A DNA stretch of 64,000 nucleotides from the NCBI GenBank assembly GCA_015233675.1, contig JADFXH010000002.1:142794-206793 (forward strand), given 5' to 3'. Numbering within the stretch: the stretch's first letter is position 1; every line of letters starts with the position of its first letter. This DNA comes from Candidatus Omnitrophota bacterium. GTDB lineage: Bacteria > Omnitrophota > Gorgyraeia > Zapsychrales > Fredricksoniimonadaceae. Positions 1 through 8,999 of the stretch are shown here, piece after piece. Both the position numbers and the translations under genes were made by a program. The notes below the pieces were generated by a model. It ran no database searches. It saw nothing but the letters and a program-made list of their open reading frames with translations, and was not told where the DNA came from.

Positions 1-2621
1 CTCAACTTCCCGATTTGGACATCTGGGGAGCCAATATTTACAGAGGGCAGAGCTTTGGCACTTTATTTAGTGATTACGCAGCCAAATCTAACAAGCCGTT
101 GTGGATTTCTGAATTTGGAGTGGATGCTTTTTCCACATCAACATCACCCGCGATCATCGCCGATGTTAATAATTGGCAGTTGCAGATGACGGATCCTGGT
201 ATCCTTATTCAGGAAGGATCTGCAGATCAAGCAACACAGTCTTCCTGGGATGGGGCGTTATGGAATGAGATAGTTAATAATTCACCTGTGACCATCGGCG
301 GATCAGTGATGGAATATTCGGATGAATGGTGGAAGCCTAATGAATGGATGTGTTCAGTTCCTAATCCTTATAATGACCCTGCTATTCAGGCCGAGAACGT
401 GCAAAGTGTTGCGTATTGTATTTCCACACATAGTAATTTTGGTATTTATCCTTATCCCCCTGCTCCCGATGATTTTTCGAACGAACAGTGGTTTGGGATG
501 ATGTCCATCAGTCAGAATCCTGTTGTGGGTGGTCCTGATATTATGACTCCCCGTACAATTTATCATGTTTTTCAAACGGATTGGCAGGCTAATCCCTGGC
601 CATATTTGACCTTAAACATTTCCGGTTCAGGCATGGGGAGCATTAAAAGTTCTATTTCTACATTTGGAGGAGGACTTAATTGTAAATTTTCTTCAGATTC
701 AAATACAGGCATTTGTCTGGCTCCTTTTACCAAAAACCAACAGATTACGTTAAGTTTTTCTTCTAGTAACAATTCTACAGTGACTAATTGGGGCGTAAGT
801 GGCTGCGCTAGCGGCAGCACCACTTGTAATATAACGCCGGACACTGATATTACCTTAAATGTTACAGTAACAGCTCCGCCTGCGCCAACGGTCAGTATAA
901 CGTCCCCCGGCAACGGCGCTTCTTATACAGCGCCGACCGGTATTACATTGACAGCAAAAGCGGCTGCTAGCGCTGTTAATACAACGATCGCCTCCGTCAC
1001 TTTTTACTATAATGGCTCAACTTTTATAAGTACGGTTATTAGTAGTCCTTATTCCTATTCTTGGAGTAATGTGCCTGCAGGAACTTACAATTTAACAGCG
1101 GTTGTGACAGACAGCAATGGATCTATGAGCGTTTCTTCGGCAGTTTTAGTGACAGTTAATCCGACACCGTTAGCGCCGATCATTACAACCCAACCGCAAA
1201 GCCAAACAGTAATAGCGCCGGCACCGGTAACGTTTACGGCGGCAGCGAACGGTGTTCCAGCTCCAACCTATCAATGGGAAGTAAGTACCAATGGCGGAAA
1301 CAGCTTTACGCCGATCAGCGGCGCGACGGGTGCGACGTATACGATAACATCAACAACAACGTCTCTTGGCGGGAATAAATATAAGGTTGTGGCAACGAAT
1401 GGAGTATCACCGGCGGCAACCAGTAGCGCGGCAACGTTAACGGTTAATCCGGCATCAGCAGCGCCGACGATTACAATTCAGCCGCTTAGCCAGACGGTGA
1501 CAGAGCCGGCTTCGGCAACGTTTAGTGTGGCTGCCAGTGGTGCTCCTGCGCCAACATATAGATGGCAGCAGATGGCCCCTGGTGCTAATATTTATACTAA
1601 TATAATAGGAGCAACAAGTTCTATTTTTACAACAACAGCAACAACAGTAGCTGATAGTGGAACAAAATATGAATGTGTGGTCGCCAATTCATTAGGCAGT
1701 GTAGCCAGCAGTGCGGCGACACTAATAGTCAATGCGCCACGTCCAACAGTAGAGATAATCAGTCCGGTCAATGGGGCCCGCATTGCAGGGGGCTTCAGGA
1801 TTACCATCAATGCCATTGCTTCAGAGGCGGGTGGAATTATTAGTAAGGTTGCTTTTTACAACGGTAAGAAATTATTAGGGACAGTGGCCAGAAGGCCATA
1901 TAATTATACTTGGTATAACGTGCCTGCTGGAGTGTACAATTTAACTGCAGTTGCGACAGACAGCGCCGCAGTGACGGCGACTTCCTCGGTGATTACGGTT
2001 GTAGTTGCGGCCATTTCCTATGTTGCGCCAACGGTCGATATAATATCCCCCAGCAACAATGCTACGTATATCCAACCAGCTAATATTACTTTGACGGCCA
2101 GTGCCAGTTCTCCAAATGGGATCCGCTATGTTAAATTTTATAATGCCTCAAAACTTATAGGGGTGGCTTTTGACAGGCCGTATACTTATACTTGGAATTC
2201 TGTAGATGAAGGCGTCTACAGTATAACGGCTGTCGCGATTGATAATACCGGGTTGCTTCAGACAACTTCTTCTGCGGTTAATGTAACAGTTTCTGCTTTG
2301 TCAACACCGGATGTTTCTATAGTAAGTCCGGTCAAGGGGGCTTATATTGGAGAATGGAACTCAAGCCTCACGATAACTGCCAACGCTTCATCATCCAAGG
2401 CGGCTATCATAAGCGTGGCTTTTTACGCAAGCAATCTGAAAGGCTCTAAAATATTGCTAGGTACAATAACCAATAGCCCATATACTTATACATGGAGGCA
2501 TGTGCCAGAGGGTATTTACTATTTAACAGCTGTTGCGACTGATAGCGCTGGAGCAAAGGCAACATCCGCGGCGGTCTTTATTATAAGCCGAGCATCTCAC
2601 GGAGCGGGAATTTTCCATTAA
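1..2621 (+). CDS. Secreted glycoside-hydrolase-like protein, 5' end cut by the window edge. It holds the tail of a clan GH-A-type catalytic domain followed by an Ig-like domain array
   Basis: The frame is open from nt 3 (QLPDLDIWG...), so the TTG at 15 is not the true start. LDIWGANIYRGQSFGTLFSDYAAKSNKPLWISEFGVDAF, GGSVMEYSDEWWKP and EQWFGMMSIS are near-identical to the full-length paralogue at 27425-29935. Downstream are four ~90-aa modules (P[TD]V.I.SP.NG...PY.Y.W..V..G.Y.LTAVATD) and two I-set-like modules (TQPQSQTV...PAPTYQW). Confidence 0.75.
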   Translation, partial: QLPDLDIWGANIYRGQSFGTLFSDYAAKSNKPLWISEFGVDAFSTSTSPAIIADVNNWQLQMTDPGILIQEGSADQATQSSWDGALWNEIVNNSPVTIGGSVMEYSDEWWKPNEWMCSVPNPYNDPAIQAENVQSVAYCISTHSNFGIYPYPPAPDDFSNEQWFGMMSISQNPVVGGPDIMTPRTIYHVFQTDWQANPWPYLTLNISGSGMGSIKSSISTFGGGLNCKFSSDSNTGICLAPFTKNQQITLSFSSSNNSTVTNWGVSGCASGSTTCNITPDTDITLNVTVTAPPAPTVSITSPGNGASYTAPTGITLTAKAAASAVNTTIASVTFYYNGSTFISTVISSPYSYSWSNVPAGTYNLTAVVTDSNGSMSVSSAVLVTVNPTPLAPIITTQPQSQTVIAPAPVTFTAAANGVPAPTYQWEVSTNGGNSFTPISGATGATYTITSTTTSLGGNKYKVVATNGVSPAATSSAATLTVNPASAAPTITIQPLSQTVTEPASATFSVAASGAPAPTYRWQQMAPGANIYTNIIGATSSIFTTTATTVADSGTKYECVVANSLGSVASSAATLIVNAPRPTVEIISPVNGARIAGGFRITINAIASEAGGIISKVAFYNGKKLLGTVARRPYNYTWYNVPAGVYNLTAVATDSAAVTATSSVITVVVAAISYVAPTVDIISPSNNATYIQPANITLTASASSPNGIRYVKFYNASKLIGVAFDRPYTYTWNSVDEGVYSITAVAIDNTGLLQTTSSAVNVTVSALSTPDVSIVSPVKGAYIGEWNSSLTITANASSSKAAIISVAFYASNLKGSKILLGTITNSPYTYTWRHVPEGIYYLTAVATDSAGAKATSAAVFIISRASHGAGIFH

Positions 2622-2738
2622 AAGTGGCGAAAATTGTTAATGGATGAGATTAATTTAATAAAAATTTAACATTTTTTTATTGCGTTCGTAAGCATATGGT
2701 ATTTATGTTGTTATGAGCTTTCTTTTTAGATAATAAAT

Positions 2739-2766
2739 TTGCCAAAGCCCAGAAATATGTTATACT
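2739..2766 (+). promoter_or_regulatory. Candidate sigma70-type promoter (TTGCCA-16 nt-TATACT with a TGn extended -10) for the fibre locus
   Basis: ttgcca aagcccagaaatatgt tatact lies in a long AT-rich intergenic region about 150 nt upstream of the 2918 start. It shares the aaatatgttata/c core with the candidate promoter at 20706. Confidence 0.3.
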
Positions 2767-2917
2767 TTTAATACAAACTCCTCGCTATTATATATACTAT
2801 TTTATTTTTAATCCTTATAAAGAAAGTCAGAAATAGGAATAATTTTCCTGTTTTTTATTTTCAATTTATTTGTTAAATTGTCTATATAGAATTAAAGTCC
2901 ATTTTTAGGAGGATTGG

Positions 2918-4285
2918 ATGTTAAGACGCCTAACTATTGTAATTTTATTTTCTTTGCTGGGCCTTACACGGGCCTGCTTTGCCTCTGTCAGCTTAAGTGT
3001 TAGTCCGGTTGACGGTAGTAACGGTTTGCGGTTTGAGAGAGTGCCTGTAGCCGGAGCGGAAAATAAAAAGGAAATCCATATCCGCGTGAGCTCAACAAAT
3101 GGGAATCGGTATCAGGTTTTTCAAAGAATTCTTGAGCCTATTGTAAATGAAAAAGGAGATGCTTTAAATTTGCAGGCCATTGTGACGCAGACTTTGCCTA
3201 ATTCTAATAGCGCGGGGAGCCTTTATTTGCAGAATTCGGACCATTTGACTATGGGGGATCAGTTGCTGTATTCTTCCAGCCAGAGCGGAGCGAGTGATTC
3301 TTTTATGATTGGGTATGCTTTAGACAATAATTTATTCAATACGAGCGGAAGTTTTAGGGGGAGGATTGTCTTTACTTTACGCGGCATAGGCAATTCTTCC
3401 AGTGACCAGGTGACCCTTGATGTTATGCTGGAAACTCCCTCAAGTTTGAAAATATCGGTTAAAGGGGCGCATAATCTAGACCGGATACATATAAAGAGTT
3501 CTGACACCAGCGATAAAACAGCGGATTTTATCAATGTGTCTTTTTCAGGGAATTCCGGTCAGGAAATACGGATATATCAGGAAACGGAAAACTTCCTTGA
3601 GAATCAAACGGATGAGGGGCTGGGAGTTGGGCTTTTGCAATTAGATGCTCAAGGTGAGGGTGAAGGATTACGTATTCAGGGATTGAGCTCATTTGGTTTC
3701 GGAAGAACGCTTATTTATTCCAGTAATAAAACGGAAGATAATTTTGTAATTTATTTTTTGGTTAACGCCGATCAAGCCCAAAATCAGGCAGCCGGCTCTT
3801 ACGACGGCAAGATCAAATATATAGTGGAAACAGCTCAGGGCCAAAAAGAATTCCCAATTAATGTGCATTGCGAAATACTGCCTGTATTTACCATGAACAT
3901 AACGGCACCTCCCGGGGGGGTGAATTTTGCGCATGTGATTGCTAACAATCCTCCTCAGAACAAAGAAGTGCTGATAACAGTATCATCCAATTTACATAAG
4001 TCTTACCAAGTCCTTCAGGGTCTTCAGACGGGTATGACTAATCAACAAGGAAAGGAGTTCAATAATAAATATTTCAATATTCAGGTTGAAATACCGTCAG
4101 GTCAAAAAGGCCGCACGGACTTTACGGAGTTTTCTCCCGTGCAAACTGGAGAATATCCTATTTTTACTTCCGACTCTTATGGAAGCGGGGCTAGCTTTAC
4201 AGTGGTATACCGCCTGCAGGGATATGCTCGCATGAGCCCGGGTGATTTTTCAGTACCGATTAGATTTTCGTTAAACCAAAAGTAA
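2918..4285 (+). CDS. Secreted three-domain protein, candidate multi-domain tip or adhesin subunit of a fibre locus
   Basis: AGGAGG RBS. Signal peptide MLRRLTIVILFSLLGLTRACFA. Three tandem ~140-aa repeats with matching motifs (IHIRVSSTNGNRYQVFQ / LITVSSNLHKSYQVLQ). Each repeat ends G-x-[FY]-x-x-x-I-x-[FY] (SGSFRGRIVFTL, AGSYDGKIKYIV, PGDFSVPIRFSL). Confidence 0.6.
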   Translation: MLRRLTIVILFSLLGLTRACFASVSLSVSPVDGSNGLRFERVPVAGAENKKEIHIRVSSTNGNRYQVFQRILEPIVNEKGDALNLQAIVTQTLPNSNSAGSLYLQNSDHLTMGDQLLYSSSQSGASDSFMIGYALDNNLFNTSGSFRGRIVFTLRGIGNSSSDQVTLDVMLETPSSLKISVKGAHNLDRIHIKSSDTSDKTADFINVSFSGNSGQEIRIYQETENFLENQTDEGLGVGLLQLDAQGEGEGLRIQGLSSFGFGRTLIYSSNKTEDNFVIYFLVNADQAQNQAAGSYDGKIKYIVETAQGQKEFPINVHCEILPVFTMNITAPPGGVNFAHVIANNPPQNKEVLITVSSNLHKSYQVLQGLQTGMTNQQGKEFNNKYFNIQVEIPSGQKGRTDFTEFSPVQTGEYPIFTSDSYGSGASFTVVYRLQGYARMSPGDFSVPIRFSLNQK

Positions 4286-4301
4286 CATTCAAAATGGAGG
4301 G

Positions 4302-4970
4302 ATGATCATGAAAACCAAATTGATTTTAATCTTAGGGGGGCTGCTCCTAGCCACCAATGCCGCAATTAGTTTAGCGGCGACGGTGACAACAACATTAACG
4401 GTGCAAGCCACTGTTCCGGCAGCAACCGGTTTGAGTTTAAGTATTACCCCTTACACGGGAAATGGCACTAAACTTACGACTTCCACAGTCACCACTACGG
4501 GTGTTTTGGATTTCGGTATTTTGACGTATAACCCAGCTACCGGCACCTATGGCGCCTCTAATACAACCCCTGGTTATTTTGCTATTGATATTGGCACAAC
4601 AGGTGGTGCAGGGACTCCAATTGTAGCGGTAACTTATGTGGAAGGGACTAATCTTAATGGTGCGTCTTCTCCTCTCGGTGGATTGGGCACTAAAACTACG
4701 GCCACGTTTTTCACAGAAACGTATACAGGCCCTACAACAAATCCCACAGAAGCGTTATCGTCTCTGGGGAAGAAAAGACTCATAGACTTAACCGGTACTG
4801 CTGGACAATTATCAACTATCCCCTCTGGTGCTTGGGAGAGGATTTATCTGGGGCTTTGGACCGGAAGCTCAACAGCATCACCTGCCGATCCGTCAAATGG
4901 TAAACCATTTACCAATGCCGATGCTGGCGGTCAGTATACTGGTACGCTGACTTTCACGTCAACGCTTTAA
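4302..4970 (+). CDS. Secreted Thr/Gly-rich protein, candidate major fibre (pilin-like) subunit
   Basis: GGAGG RBS; the ATG at 4308 has the better spacing, so the start may be 4308. Signal peptide ...LLLATNAAISLA. The mature N-terminus ATVTTTLTVQATVPAATGLSLSI is an alternating strand. The C-terminus GGQYTGTLTFTSTL is a pilin-like terminal strand. Confidence 0.55.
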   Translation: MIMKTKLILILGGLLLATNAAISLAATVTTTLTVQATVPAATGLSLSITPYTGNGTKLTTSTVTTTGVLDFGILTYNPATGTYGASNTTPGYFAIDIGTTGGAGTPIVAVTYVEGTNLNGASSPLGGLGTKTTATFFTETYTGPTTNPTEALSSLGKKRLIDLTGTAGQLSTIPSGAWERIYLGLWTGSSTASPADPSNGKPFTNADAGGQYTGTLTFTSTL

Positions 4971-5001
4971 GGGGGTTGGTAAATAGGTATTAAACAAATA
5001 C

Positions 5002-5054
5002 GTGTCATTGCGAGAAGAGGTTGCAACTTTGAAAAGCTCTTCTCGCAATGACAC
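5002..5054. repeat. Perfect 18-bp inverted repeat (gtgtcattgcgagaagag / ctcttctcgcaatgacac) with a 17-nt loop. It belongs to the GTCATTGCGAG palindromic repeat family and is a possible intra-operon hairpin
   Basis: The arms at 5002-5019 and 5037-5054 are exact reverse complements. The repeat lies between the subunit-like gene and the next gene. Confidence 0.8.
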
Positions 5055-5072
5055 AAACAGGAATTATTATTT

Positions 5073-5876
5073 ATGATTGTCAGAATAATTTTTTTATTTT
5101 TTTGTGCGTTGGGGATGCTTAACGCAACTGCTCAAGCTCAATTATTCCTTGAGCAGGCAAAAGTTTCTCTAGATGTCTCTGGCGGTGACCATCGCAATGG
5201 GTCTCTATTGATCCATAATACGTCTTCAGCTTCAGTGAATATCAGAGTCTACTGGGAGGATTTTAAGTATAAGCCGCCGTACGACGGCACCAAAGAATTT
5301 TTGCCGGCAGGGACAATGCCGGGCTCTGCAAGCCAATGGGTTGCTTTTTCTCCCCAGACGTTTTCCATACCTGCTTTCGGCCAGCAGAACATTGATTATA
5401 CGGTCAGTATCCCAAGCGAGATACAAGAGGGGCATTACGGGGTATTGTTTTTTGAATCCAGCAATCAAGCAGTCGAAGGCAAAGAGGTGGTTTCCATCGT
5501 CGAAAGGCTTGGTTGTTTGTTTTTTATTGAACCAAGCAATAAGGTAAAGAAAGCGGTTATACAAGATATTGGATTAAAGGCAAATAGCATTACTGTCAAT
5601 TTTGTCAACCATGGTAATGTTATTTTGATCCCACATACGACATACTATATTATGCAGGAAGGCGGGACGGTTAATCTTCGCGGAGAGGCTAAAAAGCTGT
5701 ATGTTCCGCCGGGCATAACGGCATCACTCGAGATACTTTTAAAAGAAAAGTTAAAGCAGGGACATTATACCTTAGTCCTAAATTCCGATTTGGAAGAGGG
5801 AGATGTGTTGGTTAAGGAAATAGGACTGGCCGTGGATGATTCCGGCCAATTGACAATAGTAAATTCGCAGGATTAA
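5073..5876 (+). CDS. Secreted two-domain beta-rich protein, candidate periplasmic Ig-like chaperone of the fibre locus
   Basis: Signal peptide MIVRIIFLFFCALGMLNATAQA. Its size (~245 aa mature), two beta-rich halves and pattern (SLLIHNTSSASVNIRVYWED ... FSPQTFSIPAFGQQNIDYTVSIP) recall PapD-type/MSP-fold chaperones. I did not see the diagnostic PapD residues. Confidence 0.4.
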   Translation: MIVRIIFLFFCALGMLNATAQAQLFLEQAKVSLDVSGGDHRNGSLLIHNTSSASVNIRVYWEDFKYKPPYDGTKEFLPAGTMPGSASQWVAFSPQTFSIPAFGQQNIDYTVSIPSEIQEGHYGVLFFESSNQAVEGKEVVSIVERLGCLFFIEPSNKVKKAVIQDIGLKANSITVNFVNHGNVILIPHTTYYIMQEGGTVNLRGEAKKLYVPPGITASLEILLKEKLKQGHYTLVLNSDLEEGDVLVKEIGLAVDDSGQLTIVNSQD

Positions 5877-5913
5877 ACCATGCGTACCCCCATAACGCAT
5901 GAGTTAATTTTAT

Positions 5914-8900
5914 ATGAGAAAAAGATATTTAATATGGGGATTTGGTTTAGTTTTTATATCAGCTTTTGCTTTTTCCGCATTGGCTGACCAATCCATTGGC
6001 TATCAGCAATATTTTAAAGAAGGCGTCAAGGCTTTTCATGAACACGATGATGCCAAAGCCCTTCGTTGCTTTAAAATAGCCCAAATTTATGATCCTTCCG
6101 ATGAACAACTTAATAAATACATTCGTATATTAGAGAAAAAAGCGGTGACTTTTGAGCCGTCCCCATCAGAATTGTCTCCTGAGGAGTCGATAGGCTTCAA
6201 ATATTATTTAAGCCAAGGTATTGAGGCCTTCCAGAAACACGATAATAAAAAGGCGGCTTATTATTTTAATATTGCCATCATTTTTGATCCTGATTCCAAG
6301 GAAGCTGACCAATATTTGGAAACTTTAGGACAATCTGTTCGGCAAGTCGTCATCCCTCAAGCTCAGCCGTTACTGCCACTCCCATCGCAACATGAAGAAG
6401 CTATATCCCAGACATTTCCGTCAGTCCAACCGCGACAGGAAGAAGTTATTCCCCAACCCGTGCCGACAGTGCCGCAGCAACAGGAAGCAGTTATGCCTTC
6501 TCAGTTATTAGCGCCGGTACAACCGCAACAGGTAAGAGCAATGCCTCAGCCGCCTTCAGTTAAATCTCAAGGCGCCATTTACATTCCGGCTTCTAGCGCG
6601 AAAATGCCTATTACTGAAATTTCACTTGCACAGATAAGTAATAACGGCCAGCTTAATCCGAAACTGCAAATTGCATACCATTCGTCAGTTATCATCCAAG
6701 GCAAGGATATACAAAGATTTTTAATAGTGGATGAGGGTTATATCGGTGTGAGAATAATTGATAATGATCACTTGGAGATTGATGCGTTAACAATTGGGAC
6801 TACCTTCCTTCATATTTGGGATTCTTTTGGGCGGCATTCTCTTTATGTGCAAGTCGTTTTCCCTAAAATTGTTTCCTCCGGATCTTCTCAAGAGATGAAT
6901 GGGGTCCAACACTCACAGCCGTTTAGAGCTACTTATACAAATGACTGGGATACTTATTATACAGGGAAAAACATTCCTCATCTTAAACGTCAAAACTATA
7001 GTTTTAACCAAACCCTGGCTGTTTATGGGGAAACCCCGTACGGGTTTTTTGATGCTTCCGGAAGTTATACTGATTATGATGCATTTTCTGAGTTTGACAC
7101 ATATACGATAGGATTGAGTCAAATACCTCTTGACGGCACAAGCAATTTTAATTTGCGCGGTTTTGACGCTTCAAGATATTTATCCCCATTGACAATGCCA
7201 ACAACACGCTTAAGAGGAGTTTTTGCGGATGTCGATCTCTTGGGGGACACTTTAGGTTTATCCGTCAGCCATGGGCAGGAGCAAACACCCCTGGGGTTTA
7301 TTACTTTGGGGAACCAAGCTCAATTCAATAATTCTTATATAGATGCTGCTAAACTAACTCTTTTTCCTAAAAGTGCAAACGATCGTTATTCTTTTAATTT
7401 TGCCACGGGACATGGTTCGGACCGCCAACCGTATTTAACTGAGCATGTTTATTCTGTTGAAGGGCAGCACAAGTTTAATGATTTCCTCACATTGAATGGT
7501 GAAGAGGGTTATGACAGCAGCCATGATGCTTCGCTGGCGTCCTTGAAGTGGCAGAAGGGAACTTTTAAGACCGGCCTTAATTTCAGGAATATAGATAAGA
7601 ATTATTCTACTGTTTCAACTTTGCCCGCCTATCAAGGCGAGACAGGGGTGGCATGGACTACTGATTCTGATTTTAAAAGATTTACGGAAAACACATTTGT
7701 CGAAGCGTACAAGGACCGTCTTTATTATAATCCGGATTCTCCCGACACCTATAATTATGATGCCAATGGGCAGCTCCGTGTGAATATAACAGATAACTTC
7801 TGGAGCGATTCAGATTTTAATTATTTAAACACTTCGGGTGAGGCGTCTCCTATAAACAGTTTGGGATTTAATGAGCGCATTTCCAGGAGTTTCGGTATTT
7901 GGAATTCTTTTAAAGGCATTGTTTTTGGCGGAGTAGGCTACCAAAACAGTCATTCTCCGGATTCGGATACTTCCGACTATTCCCGCGAGGACGTGATTAC
8001 CGGCATTCAACTGCCTTTGACCAGCCATATATCTTCTTTTGCTAATTATGAATATGACTGGCTCCATCAGCCTCATTCTAACGGTAATTCCAATCCTGGC
8101 GTCATAAACACGGGGCTTGAATATCAAAAGCAAGTTAACTCAAAAATTTCTTTTAATTCTCAAATAAGTTTTCATGATGAGTTGGCAGTAAAACCAGGGA
8201 GTAACAGTTTTCTTTCCGGGGAAGAGAGCGTGATTATTACTTCCGGTTTTAATTATAACCCCGTTCCGGACGTGAATATTTTTGCTGATGGCAACGTAAG
8301 TAAAGTTTTATCTCATACGGGTAATCCGTCCTATGATGATTTTGAGGTCCATGTGGGGATGCGTATTACTTTTGGAGGCTCGACGTATTGGGATCCTCTG
8401 GGGACCGTAACGGGTATTGTGTTTAAAGACAGGGTGGGCAACGGTAAATTTGTTTCAGGGGACGAGGGAATTGCAGGAGTTAAAGTGAAGGTTGGAGATA
8501 AAGTAACTGTTACAGGTAAAGATGGCCGTTATCGGATTCAAATACGAGCTAAAGGGGCAGATGTGGTCCCTGTATTGGATACTATTCCGGGCGGTCTCAT
8601 ATTTTCAACCCCGCAAACTTTGAATGTCAGGGTTAAACAAGGCCGTGAGGCAAAAGCTGATTTCGGTTTGATCAGTCAGACGGGCATTTATGGTTTAGTC
8701 TTTGTCAATAAGAATGGTAACGGTGTTCCGAATGAAGGTGATAGGTTCATCGGTAAGGTGAAGGTGATTTTGGACGGTAAGACCATCCAGGTAAGCGATT
8801 CTCACGGGGCATTTTATTTCAGGAAAGTATCTCCGGGACAACATACGATTTCTATTGATATCAACACCCTTGCGATTAATATGGTGCCGACCGTGAAACT

Positions 8901-8991
8901 GCAGAACAAAATAGATGTCCCTGAGGGCGTTAATTACATGTTTAATATTCCCGTACAGATCAAGCAAGCAGAAGGCGAAGAGAATCAATAA
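5914..8991 (+). CDS. Large outer-membrane protein. Order: TPR-like repeats, P/Q-rich linker, secretin-type pilus N-domain-like segment, beta-barrel-like region, two CarboxypepD_reg/Cna-B-like C-terminal domains
   Basis: Signal peptide. Two TPR-like units (YQQYFKEGVKAFHEHDDAKALRCFKIAQIYDP; FKYYLSQGIEAFQKHDNKKAAYYFNIAIIFDP). PQ-rich tract at nt ~6345-6570. RFLIVDEGYIGVRIIDNDHLEIDALTIGTTFLHIWDSFGRHSLYVQVV (nt ~6661-6866) resembles the CpaC/RcpA N-terminal pilus domain. About 500 aa are rich in aromatic-x-aromatic beta-strand signatures. GVKVKVGDKVTVTGKDGRYRIQ and GKVKVILDGKTIQVSDSHGAFYFRKVSPGQHTI are typical of CarboxypepD_reg-like folds. Confidence 0.6.
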   Translation: MRKRYLIWGFGLVFISAFAFSALADQSIGYQQYFKEGVKAFHEHDDAKALRCFKIAQIYDPSDEQLNKYIRILEKKAVTFEPSPSELSPEESIGFKYYLSQGIEAFQKHDNKKAAYYFNIAIIFDPDSKEADQYLETLGQSVRQVVIPQAQPLLPLPSQHEEAISQTFPSVQPRQEEVIPQPVPTVPQQQEAVMPSQLLAPVQPQQVRAMPQPPSVKSQGAIYIPASSAKMPITEISLAQISNNGQLNPKLQIAYHSSVIIQGKDIQRFLIVDEGYIGVRIIDNDHLEIDALTIGTTFLHIWDSFGRHSLYVQVVFPKIVSSGSSQEMNGVQHSQPFRATYTNDWDTYYTGKNIPHLKRQNYSFNQTLAVYGETPYGFFDASGSYTDYDAFSEFDTYTIGLSQIPLDGTSNFNLRGFDASRYLSPLTMPTTRLRGVFADVDLLGDTLGLSVSHGQEQTPLGFITLGNQAQFNNSYIDAAKLTLFPKSANDRYSFNFATGHGSDRQPYLTEHVYSVEGQHKFNDFLTLNGEEGYDSSHDASLASLKWQKGTFKTGLNFRNIDKNYSTVSTLPAYQGETGVAWTTDSDFKRFTENTFVEAYKDRLYYNPDSPDTYNYDANGQLRVNITDNFWSDSDFNYLNTSGEASPINSLGFNERISRSFGIWNSFKGIVFGGVGYQNSHSPDSDTSDYSREDVITGIQLPLTSHISSFANYEYDWLHQPHSNGNSNPGVINTGLEYQKQVNSKISFNSQISFHDELAVKPGSNSFLSGEESVIITSGFNYNPVPDVNIFADGNVSKVLSHTGNPSYDDFEVHVGMRITFGGSTYWDPLGTVTGIVFKDRVGNGKFVSGDEGIAGVKVKVGDKVTVTGKDGRYRIQIRAKGADVVPVLDTIPGGLIFSTPQTLNVRVKQGREAKADFGLISQTGIYGLVFVNKNGNGVPNEGDRFIGKVKVILDGKTIQVSDSHGAFYFRKVSPGQHTISIDINTLAINMVPTVKLQNKIDVPEGVNYMFNIPVQIKQAEGEENQ

Positions 8992-8999
8992 AGCTTGTA

